IMG/VR virus record: IMGVR_UViG_3300031605_000003
Span: 1 to 54,190 of that record
Source of the DNA: a virus
Lineage: Duplodnaviria > Caudoviricetes
Length of the DNA stretch: 54,190 bases
Strand: one strand, 5' to 3'
The translations under genes and the position numbers were made by a program. The first letter of the stretch is position 1, and each line of letters begins with the position of its first letter. The notes beneath the pieces were generated by a model that ran no database searches, was not told where the DNA came from, and was given only the letters and a program-made list of their open reading frames with translations. This document shows, one piece after another, positions 46,549-54,190 of this stretch.

Positions 46549-48633
46549 ATGTCAATTATAACTAAAGAATTTATATATACAGGCGGAGTACATTTAGCTC
46601 AAGTCCCTCATGGAACTACAACACTTACATTACATTTATGGGGTGGTGCCGGAGGTGGCGGAGGTGATGATGTTGGAGATGGTGGATCAGGATCATCTGG
46701 ACAATATGTTACAGTAACAAATTTAGATATACGTGCATATGCTGGAGTTAAACATATTACCGTTACAGTAGGTGGCGGTGGTGGTGGTGGAACAACTGGC
46801 CTCGGCGCCGATGGTGGCGAACTTGGAAATAGTTTAACAGCCTACTCAGGTGGTAAAGGCGGGTCGTCAGGTCCAAACAATCCATCAGGATCAGGAGGTG
46901 GCGGTGGCGGAGCCACAGTAGTTACAGTTTTTGCAACTGGACAATCATTTGACAATACAATAGTAGCCATAGCCGGTGGTGGTGCTGGCGGTGGTGGAGG
47001 TGGTGCCAAGTCAGGTGGTGCCGCTGGATCTAATACAAATAGTGCCACAGTAAACGCAACAGGAACATTAGGAGAAAATGGTGCCCATCATAGTGCAGAA
47101 GGTGGAGGTGCAGGTGCTGGAGGCGGTGGAGCCGATGGTGGAAAGGGTGGTTCAGCAGATCAAGGAGATATAGGAGCATTTGGTGGAAGAGCAGGATCAA
47201 ATACTGTACCATCAGGCGGATCAGCTAATAATGGTTCAGGTATAACACCAGGCGGAACTGGAGTAAGTTATTATGCATCAAATATAGCAATTGGTGGTGC
47301 TCATGCCCAACCAGGTAATAACGGAAAAGCAGTTTTAATTTTTACAATACCAGCAGAAGCACATTATAAAGTTGGTGGTGCATGGAAAAAAATTACATCA
47401 ATACAACAAAAAGTTTCAGGAACATGGAAAAGTCTTGGTGCAGGATATACAAAAGTTTCAGGAGTATGGAAAGCCTTATTTGCTAACGATGTAAGTTTTT
47501 CTGTAAACTATGCAGGATTTGGTAATGATATTGGCGGAACAACGTCAGGTACGGTAGGAGTTCAAGGAGCCATACCAGCTTCTCCATCAGCGGTTGCCAA
47601 TCCACCCGGAGGCGGTGGAGAAAGCAGACCAGTTCCACCTAAAAAATGTCAAGTTGGTAGCTGGCCAGCTGATTACAATATCAACGATCCAGTATATGGT
47701 TATTGCCAGACAACTAATAATAATGGATCATCTTGTTTCATTGCAGGTACCATGGTCAAAATGGCGGACGGTACAGACATGAAAATAGAAGATGTTGTAC
47801 CAGGAGATTTAGTAAAAGGTAAAGACGGAAATAACAAAGTACGTTCATTAGATCCCACTACTCTAGGAAATAGAAAATTATATGCTTTTAACGGAAGTAA
47901 CAATTTCTTTGTTACAGCTGAACACCCATTCTGGACAACAGATGGTTGGAAGGCAATAAACCCAGAAGCAACAAAAGAAGAATCAGTAGATTTATATAAT
48001 GAATTAACAGGATCATTAGAAGTTGGACACGAAATACAAACATTAAATGGTATAGTAAGAATAAAATCAATAGAATCAAAAGAGATTAATAAGCCAGATT
48101 TACCATTATACAATTTTCATGTAGAAAACGATCACTCTTATTTTGCTGATGGATATTGTGTTCACAATAAAAAAATTATTTGTACAAAATTATTTGAGTT
48201 AGGTTATCTACCACAAGAAGTATACACAGCAGATCAACAATTTGGAGAATGGTTACGAGAAAACGATCCTTATGCATATTTTGGTTACGTCAAATGGGCG
48301 AGTGTTGTAGTTGAATGGATGGAAAAAGAAGGTCCACAATGTATGTTCTGGATTAAAGACAAAAAAGTACGAGGTGAGAAGCAAAAAGCTCTTGCTATAA
48401 GTTGGGCAAAAAGAATTGCTACTCCATGGGCACAACATATGGCTTATAGAATGGGAACATTACCAGAAGATAGCAAAGCAGGTAGAACAATAATGAAATT
48501 TGGTTTATGGTTAAGCCGTTTAATTGGTAAAACTACAAATACTACAACAAATACTAAATCTGTAAAACTTGGATATAGTATGTGGGCGATATTTGGAATA
48601 CTATACATAATGGCAGGAATAAAAGGAAAATAA
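46549..48633 (+). CDS. Glycine-rich fibre protein with Hint domain and membrane-anchored C-terminal domain
   Basis: ATG 46549 with GGGAGA SD; Gly-rich region, three KV.G.WK repeats, Hint domain, hydrophobic C-terminus. Confidence 0.8.
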   Translation: MSIITKEFIYTGGVHLAQVPHGTTTLTLHLWGGAGGGGGDDVGDGGSGSSGQYVTVTNLDIRAYAGVKHITVTVGGGGGGGTTGLGADGGELGNSLTAYSGGKGGSSGPNNPSGSGGGGGGATVVTVFATGQSFDNTIVAIAGGGAGGGGGGAKSGGAAGSNTNSATVNATGTLGENGAHHSAEGGGAGAGGGGADGGKGGSADQGDIGAFGGRAGSNTVPSGGSANNGSGITPGGTGVSYYASNIAIGGAHAQPGNNGKAVLIFTIPAEAHYKVGGAWKKITSIQQKVSGTWKSLGAGYTKVSGVWKALFANDVSFSVNYAGFGNDIGGTTSGTVGVQGAIPASPSAVANPPGGGGESRPVPPKKCQVGSWPADYNINDPVYGYCQTTNNNGSSCFIAGTMVKMADGTDMKIEDVVPGDLVKGKDGNNKVRSLDPTTLGNRKLYAFNGSNNFFVTAEHPFWTTDGWKAINPEATKEESVDLYNELTGSLEVGHEIQTLNGIVRIKSIESKEINKPDLPLYNFHVENDHSYFADGYCVHNKKIICTKLFELGYLPQEVYTADQQFGEWLRENDPYAYFGYVKWASVVVEWMEKEGPQCMFWIKDKKVRGEKQKALAISWAKRIATPWAQHMAYRMGTLPEDSKAGRTIMKFGLWLSRLIGKTTNTTTNTKSVKLGYSMWAIFGILYIMAGIKGK
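47734..48168 (+). other. Hint (bacterial intein-like / pretoxin-Hint type) autoprocessing domain, 145 aa
   Basis: Block A CFIAGT.V, block B TAEHPF, block F LYNFHV, block G VHN followed by Lys; no endonuclease. Confidence 0.9.
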
Positions 48634-48655
48634 ATAAGCGTAAGGAGACATTTAA

Positions 48656-48892
48656 ATGGCAACTAAAGAGCAAGTCACTGAATATATTGATGCACAATTT
48701 GTTGGTGATGAAGGTACAGAAATTCACACTTATTGGCAGGAACAACAGCTTTTTGTTGAACAAAGATATGCAGGTAATAGACTTGGTGTAATTCAGGAAT
48801 GGATGTCACCTGAAGTTGCAATAATATTACAGAAATTAATTGGTGATGCTGAGATGGTGTCACAAATTGCAAAGAATAGGAGTAATAGTTAA
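48656..48892 (+). CDS. Small hypothetical protein (paralogue of the next gene)
   Basis: TAAATA and AAGGAG upstream; MATKEQVTEYIDA...LIGDAEMVSQI. Confidence 0.7.
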   Translation: MATKEQVTEYIDAQFVGDEGTEIHTYWQEQQLFVEQRYAGNRLGVIQEWMSPEVAIILQKLIGDAEMVSQIAKNRSNS

Positions 48893-49077
48893 TGATAACT
48901 AAACAAGAATGTGCAGATTATATTAATGCAAATATGTCAGTAGCATTAACTCCTGAAGAAAAAGATACGCTTAGAAATTCAATAGTCGATAATAAAATTC
49001 CATTATTATTAGTTGAAACATTAATTGAAGTATTCGGTGATGTTACAATGTTAGTTGAAATAAGGGACGCTGGATAA
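48892..49077 (+). CDS. Small hypothetical protein
   Basis: TAATG coupling on both sides; MITKQECADYINA...VFGDVTMLVEI. Confidence 0.7.
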   Translation: MITKQECADYINANMSVALTPEEKDTLRNSIVDNKIPLLLVETLIEVFGDVTMLVEIRDAG

Positions 49078-50702
49078 TGGCATACGAAATTAACAACACA
49101 TTTGGAACTAAAATAGTTTCATTAGCAGATGGTACACTAGATACCACTACTACGGATCTTGCACTCTTTGGAAAAGGTTATGCAGGATTTGGTGAGAAGT
49201 TAAATGAAAACTTTGTAAAAGTTTTAGAAAATTTTAATAATACATCAGCACCAACAAATAAAATTCAAGGTCAAGTTTGGTTTGATCAAACAAATAAACA
49301 AATCAATGTATATACTGGTTCTAAATGGAAACCAGTTGGATCAACAACAAACTCAACTACATCACCAACAAACGCAGTATTAGGAGATATGTGGTTTGAT
49401 ACAAGTAACACTCAATTATATGTTTACACAGGAACAGCATGGTCATTAATTGGACCAACAACAATAGCAGGATCAGGTGTAACACAAATGGTTTCTGAAA
49501 CAATTTCAGATCAAACAGGTGTAAACAAAACAATATTAAAAGGTGTAACAAATGATACAGTTGTGTTTATTATATCAGCTGAAGCATTCACACCATCAAG
49601 TACAGAAACAAATGCCGCGGCATTAATTACAGCAGGATTTAATACAGTTGCACAAGGAATACAATTATCCTCATCAGTTGCTTCAGTAAAATTTAGAGGA
49701 ACGTCAACAGGTTCAGACGCATTAGGTGGAATAGCCGCGGCAAATTATTTGAGATCAGATCAAAATGATACAACAACAGGTTCGTTTAGTATTTTAAATG
49801 ACACAGGAATAATTCTAGGTGCTGGGTCAGACATTACTATGAGTTTAAGTAGTGATAATTTAACTATTGCAAACACAACAATAAACAAAGATATAAGTTT
49901 TACAGTAAACGATGGTGGTGTAACGAAAACTCCATTAGTAATTTCAGGTGCATCAGGAAGAATAGAACATTTAAGAGTAGGCGATTTAACAGTTGACGGA
50001 ACACATACTATTATTAACACATCAAATTTATCAGTTGAAGACAACATAATTGAATTAAACAGAAATATATCTAATAATGCAGGTATGCCAAACTTCACAG
50101 GTATTAAAGTAAACAGAGGAGCAACATCTACTGTTACTGAACAAGATTTATTTTGGGTTTGGGACGAAACATTTGCAGACGACGGAACAACTTTATATGG
50201 AAATGCAGGCGGTGCCTGGACAGCATTTAAATCAGGAGGCGGTGACGAATTATCAGCCGCAACATTAGTTGATATTAGAGCCAATGTAGTACACGCACAG
50301 GCCACAACGGCCATGTATGCAGATTTGGCAGAAAGATATGCTTCAGATATGACATTAGAAGTAGGTGATGTTGTAAAATTAGGTGGAGAAGAAGAAGTTA
50401 CTAGATGTGATGAAGCATTAAGCGATAAGGTGTTTGGAGTTGTAAGTGATTCGCCAGCATTTTTAATGAATGCCAACGCAGGTAACAATGATTCACATCC
50501 AATGATAGCATTAAAAGGACGTGTAATGGTTAAAATACAAGGAAAAGGAGAAGCTGGAGATCGTATTGTTTCAGCAGGAAACGGCGAGGCTAGAATTGTT
50601 AATTTAGATGAATGCACTGCTTTTAATACCATTGGAAGACTATTGAAGGCTAAATACAACGAAGATACAACATTAACGGAATGTGTAATAGGAGTTAAAT
50701 AG
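49077..50702 (+). CDS. Tail fibre-like paralogue with C-terminal autocleaving chaperone-like domain
   Basis: Same N-terminal family; YADLAERY...VFGVVS..PAFLMN..IALKGRV C-terminus. Confidence 0.7.
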   Translation: MAYEINNTFGTKIVSLADGTLDTTTTDLALFGKGYAGFGEKLNENFVKVLENFNNTSAPTNKIQGQVWFDQTNKQINVYTGSKWKPVGSTTNSTTSPTNAVLGDMWFDTSNTQLYVYTGTAWSLIGPTTIAGSGVTQMVSETISDQTGVNKTILKGVTNDTVVFIISAEAFTPSSTETNAAALITAGFNTVAQGIQLSSSVASVKFRGTSTGSDALGGIAAANYLRSDQNDTTTGSFSILNDTGIILGAGSDITMSLSSDNLTIANTTINKDISFTVNDGGVTKTPLVISGASGRIEHLRVGDLTVDGTHTIINTSNLSVEDNIIELNRNISNNAGMPNFTGIKVNRGATSTVTEQDLFWVWDETFADDGTTLYGNAGGAWTAFKSGGGDELSAATLVDIRANVVHAQATTAMYADLAERYASDMTLEVGDVVKLGGEEEVTRCDEALSDKVFGVVSDSPAFLMNANAGNNDSHPMIALKGRVMVKIQGKGEAGDRIVSAGNGEARIVNLDECTAFNTIGRLLKAKYNEDTTLTECVIGVK

Positions 50703-50706
50703 CATT

Positions 50707-51678
50707 ATGGCATACCAAGCTGGGGATAAAATTTTAGACGACCAATATAACTCGTTTGTGAACGGAAGTTCGGCAGGCGCATACGGAATTAATCATATAG
50801 GTGGAACGGGTGCATCAGAGTACGGTTTAGGCCAAGCTCATATTAGTGCAGTATCACCAGGCGATTCAGTAACAGCATCACAATGGAATGCATTGTTCAC
50901 ACAAATGGACAACATTGCCAATCATACAAACGACACATTAAGTTCAACACCACAAAGATCGGCAGGTAATCCAGTTGCGGTTATATCAGCTTTACAAACA
51001 GATTTAAATACACTTGCGGCATCAGTTGCGGCAGGTTGTCCAAGTGCAACAGCAGTTGCGGCAGGTTCAGAATTACAAAGTTCAGTTTCAAGTACAAGAT
51101 GGGTAGGCACACACACAGTAGAACATTCAATTACATTTGCATCTAATACTAATTTAAGATACTTTTTTAATGCAGGTGGAACAATGAGAATGTTATTTAC
51201 TAGAAATGGTAACGGTGGTAGTTCTGCAACATCAAAAGACAGTTCAGTTGATGAATTAATTGCGGCAATTGGTAACTTTGACTTAAAACAAACTACATCT
51301 ACTAGAACAGGTTCAGGTGAAACTGTAACAACAAACGGTTTAGCACTTGGTGTTAGAGATTTAACTGCAACTTATCAAACTTTATTAAGACTTACACAAT
51401 CTTCAGGAACATATACATCAATGTATATAGATATCCAAGCAAAGTTAGATGCCGTGATAGGATCAGCAGTAACAGTAGTAATGAAATACACATTAGTTGA
51501 TGCAGATTCTGGTGATGGTGATTATACTTCTGGTAATTTATCATCAGTTGATGTAAATGCGAACTACATTGGTATAACAGACTTTTCTACTCGTATAGTT
51601 GCTCCAACAACAGCACAAGGGTTGGCGTCAGTAACGACAATTGCCTCAAGTGCAGTAGTAAGTAACGCAACAACATAA
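50707..51678 (+). CDS. Virion structural protein
   Basis: MAYQAGD.I, VTASQWN, RYFFNAGG; S/T/G-rich; TTAAATA 5 nt upstream. Confidence 0.65.
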   Translation: MAYQAGDKILDDQYNSFVNGSSAGAYGINHIGGTGASEYGLGQAHISAVSPGDSVTASQWNALFTQMDNIANHTNDTLSSTPQRSAGNPVAVISALQTDLNTLAASVAAGCPSATAVAAGSELQSSVSSTRWVGTHTVEHSITFASNTNLRYFFNAGGTMRMLFTRNGNGGSSATSKDSSVDELIAAIGNFDLKQTTSTRTGSGETVTTNGLALGVRDLTATYQTLLRLTQSSGTYTSMYIDIQAKLDAVIGSAVTVVMKYTLVDADSGDGDYTSGNLSSVDVNANYIGITDFSTRIVAPTTAQGLASVTTIASSAVVSNATT

Positions 51679-51700
51679 TAATTAAAAATATTTTACCATA

Positions 51701-51729
51701 TTGACTATGTCAATAATTAACTGTATAAT
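51701..51729 (+). promoter_or_regulatory. Near-consensus sigma70 promoter with palindromes over both boxes
   Basis: TTGACT-17 nt-TATAAT, 6 nt before ATG 51736. Confidence 0.85.
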
Positions 51730-51735
51730 ACAGTT

Positions 51736-52056
51736 ATGGATATTGGCACTCTTAAAGACTATTCTGATCTAGCATATAATCTAGCTCAACTAAAAAAGAA
51801 CGCACTAGAAAAAATGCGTTCTAGACAGATTATAGCGTATAATGGCAGGCTCTTTCGAGCAGACGCCAATACCATAAATGTAGTTCAAACGTATAAAGCA
51901 CACTCTAAAAAGTTTTATATGTTAGACACTAATGACAATCCTTGTTATATAACTGATCCAGATGAATTTTTGAGAATGTTAATTGAAAGAAACCAAGAAA
52001 CACTCAACTCATATCATCAACTACACGAGGATCTAAAAAATAAAAGGTTAAAATGA
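51736..52056 (+). CDS. Hypothetical protein
   Basis: 106 aa, first gene after the sigma70 promoter; ATGA overlap with the next gene. Confidence 0.7.
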   Translation: MDIGTLKDYSDLAYNLAQLKKNALEKMRSRQIIAYNGRLFRADANTINVVQTYKAHSKKFYMLDTNDNPCYITDPDEFLRMLIERNQETLNSYHQLHEDLKNKRLK

Positions 52057-52817
52057 CCACAGGTGTATTAATGTATTGTTTTGATACGCCAGAGGTTAAC
52101 TATCATTTGTTAGCCGAACGTTGTGTAGCACAAATACGAAAATATCTAAAACTAGAAATTACTATTGTTACTAATATTGACACTTATAAAAAGTTTAAAC
52201 CATTAGGTATGATTAATTATAAGTTAGTTGACAATTACACACGTAATAGAAGAGGTTATAGAGGTAGAAATATTGCTTGGTATAATTTTGAAAGGGTAAT
52301 GGCATATGAACATTCACCTTATGATAACACTATTCTTATGGATTGTGATTATTTTGTTTTCACAGACAATTTATTAACTTACATTAATACAGATTATGAA
52401 TTTTTATTGCATAATAAAGTACATGACTTAACAGGAGAAAACATAATCGAAGGCAAAAACGAATCAACGATACCAATTGTGTGGGCTACTGTTACTATAT
52501 TTCGTAAAACAGAATTTGCTAAAAAAGTATTTGATTTAATTAAACATATACAAAAGCATTATGAACATTATAGAAACCTGTATCGTATAAAATATAGAAA
52601 TTATAGAAATGATTTTGCTTTTGCAATAGCATTACATCAATTAAACGGACATACTTCACACAAAAATTTTATTCCAACCCCAATGGCTATGTTAGCTCAT
52701 GAAGTTGATGCTATGGATATAACAGAAACCGGAATAATATTCAAGTATAATAATAAAGTTAATATGGTTGAAGAACAAGATGTTCATGTTATGGATAAGG
52801 AGTTTGTAAATGTCTAA
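52053..52817 (+). CDS. GT-A fold glycosyltransferase-like protein
   Basis: SPYDNTILMDCD (DxD), WATV, RNDFAFAIA. Confidence 0.7.
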   Translation: MTTGVLMYCFDTPEVNYHLLAERCVAQIRKYLKLEITIVTNIDTYKKFKPLGMINYKLVDNYTRNRRGYRGRNIAWYNFERVMAYEHSPYDNTILMDCDYFVFTDNLLTYINTDYEFLLHNKVHDLTGENIIEGKNESTIPIVWATVTIFRKTEFAKKVFDLIKHIQKHYEHYRNLYRIKYRNYRNDFAFAIALHQLNGHTSHKNFIPTPMAMLAHEVDAMDITETGIIFKYNNKVNMVEEQDVHVMDKEFVNV

Positions 52818-53619
52818 TAAAGGATATACTTGGTTTGCATTAAACAATTCTACTACTGATTATATAGAATTAAGCAAAAAACTTGCAAGGTCAATTAAAA
52901 AATATAATAAAGAAAACCAAGTTTGTATTATTACCGATAAACCAGTACAACATAATGAGTTTGATCATGTAGTTGTATTAGATCAAGATTATAGCAAAGA
53001 TCAGGAATGGAAGTTAAACAATGAGTGGCAAGTTTTTAATTTAACACCTTTTAAGCACACAATTAAATTAGAAGCTGATATGTTGTTTACAACTAATACC
53101 GATTGGTGGTGGAATTATTTGCACCAACACAATATGGTGTTTTCATATCATTGCAGATGTTATCGAGATAAAGTTATTAAACGTACACCTTATAGAAAAT
53201 TATTTGCAAAAAATAGTTTGCCAGATGTATATAACGGATTAACCTATTTTAGAAGAAGTAAAAAAGCAGAAGCATTTTATAATATTTGTCGAGATATTAT
53301 ATTAAATTGGAACAAAGTTAAAAGTACAATGTTAATAAATTGTCATGATAAAGAGCCAACAACAGATGTTGTATATGCTCTTGCACTTAAAATACAAGAT
53401 CCTTTACAAGAGAGTTGTATAAAATATGATTGGTTTAATTTTATGCATAACAAAAGTGGTGTAAATGGATTAAGTCAAGCATATAATAATGACCAATATC
53501 TATATACAATGACAGTAGGTCATCCTTTAGAAGGAGAATACATTTATTCAGGTGGTTATAAACAGTCTCGGATATTTCATTATCATAATAAAAAATTAAT
53601 AAAGGAATTATATGAGTGA
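52810..53619 (+). CDS. GT-A fold glycosyltransferase-like protein
   Basis: TPFKHTIKLEAD, TTDVVYA, FHYH; paralogous layout to the previous gene. Confidence 0.65.
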   Translation: MSNKGYTWFALNNSTTDYIELSKKLARSIKKYNKENQVCIITDKPVQHNEFDHVVVLDQDYSKDQEWKLNNEWQVFNLTPFKHTIKLEADMLFTTNTDWWWNYLHQHNMVFSYHCRCYRDKVIKRTPYRKLFAKNSLPDVYNGLTYFRRSKKAEAFYNICRDIILNWNKVKSTMLINCHDKEPTTDVVYALALKIQDPLQESCIKYDWFNFMHNKSGVNGLSQAYNNDQYLYTMTVGHPLEGEYIYSGGYKQSRIFHYHNKKLIKELYE

Positions 53620-53908
53620 GTTTTGGAAAGCACAGAAAGAATTTAAACCAACACCTACTAAAAAGCATTATCTTACGTTTAACAAAGAAGAAATAGAAGT
53701 AAGTTTGCAACAATATTTAGAAGTTACAAATGCAGGTATCGAGAATTTTGAATATAAGGATAAAAAAATTGTAAGAAAGAAACGTGTACCTGTAGAACAA
53801 CAACAACCAACGTTACATTCAGCTGATGTAGGATACCATTTTTATAATGGAGATCCGTTTTGGGTAGAAAAACATAATAGAGGAGGATTTGAATGGCGGA
53901 TAGAGTAA
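53612..53908 (+). CDS. Hypothetical protein
   Basis: 98 aa, overlapping both neighbours; AAGGA SD. Confidence 0.65.
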   Translation: MSEFWKAQKEFKPTPTKKHYLTFNKEEIEVSLQQYLEVTNAGIENFEYKDKKIVRKKRVPVEQQQPTLHSADVGYHFYNGDPFWVEKHNRGGFEWRIE

Positions 53909-54190
53909 GAGTTTCAGATTTAGATTTTGTTTACATTAGTTATAAAGAGCCTAATAAAGAAGAAAATTGGGCAGACTTGTTAAGCAAAGTACCTTGGGCA
54001 AAAAGAGTAGACGGGGTTGTTGGATTTGATTCAGCACACAAGGCCGCGGCTGAAAAAGCTGAGACAGATTTTTTTATATCAGTTGATGGTGACAACATAA
54101 TTGATGAAAGTTTTTTATTACAAACGTTAGATTGGTCAAAAACAGATTCAAAAGCAGTACATCGTTGGCGAGCAAGAAATAATATTAATG
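53893..54190 (+). CDS. GT-A fold glycosyltransferase-like protein, partial
   Basis: Not in the track. GGAGGA SD; MADRVRVSDLDFVYISYKEPN...GFDSAHKAAA...FFISVDGDN (DxD), open to the window end. Confidence 0.75.
   Translation, partial: MADRVRVSDLDFVYISYKEPNKEENWADLLSKVPWAKRVDGVVGFDSAHKAAAEKAETDFFISVDGDNIIDESFLLQTLDWSKTDSKAVHRWRARNNIN

Noticed and set aside
46640-47260. GC-rich ggtggc/ggtgga tract as a repeat element or foreign DNA
   Set aside because: Fully explained by poly-Gly coding.
47734-48168. Canonical mobile intein
   Set aside because: The +1 residue is Lys, there is no homing endonuclease, and the host is not a conserved enzyme.
22079-53713. Long opposite-strand or nested ORFs in structural genes (28201..28809, 45496..46146, 49760..50659 and others)
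   Set aside because: Explained by codon bias of Thr/Gly/Ala-rich sense genes; no independent signals.
1-54190. Stop-codon reassignment
   Set aside because: Core genes are full length in the standard code, and TAA, TAG and TGA all occur as ends of tightly packed ORFs.

Overview
AT-rich 54 kb segment of a large T4-superfamily (myovirus-like) dsDNA phage, read in the standard genetic code. Minus strand, 1-10.3 kb: head module (major capsid gp23, scaffold gp22, prohead protease gp21, acidic core protein, portal gp20) and a tape-measure-like gene. 10.4-11.5 kb: a gp26-like gene and an unannotated gp51-like ORF, joined by a -1 slippery site. 11.9-12.3 kb: an ORF-free, hairpin-dense element with its own promoter and terminator, a candidate ~400 nt structured ncRNA or primer/origin and the best novelty candidate here. 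12.4-16.1 kb: accessory genes (GIY-YIG, Hc1 histone-like, 2OG-Fe(II) oxygenase, PLP enzyme). 16-19.8 kb: gp46, gp47 and late sigma gp55. 20-51.7 kb: baseplate and fibre module (gp53, gp5, gp25, gp6, a 4264 aa wedge protein, three paralogous fibre proteins, a Gly-rich fibre protein with a Hint domain). 51.7 kb to end: glycosyltransferase-like cluster. T4-type late promoters (TAAATA core) precede many genes, often only 5-7 nt before the ATG. All product calls come from motif recognition by eye; no database search or folding program was run.
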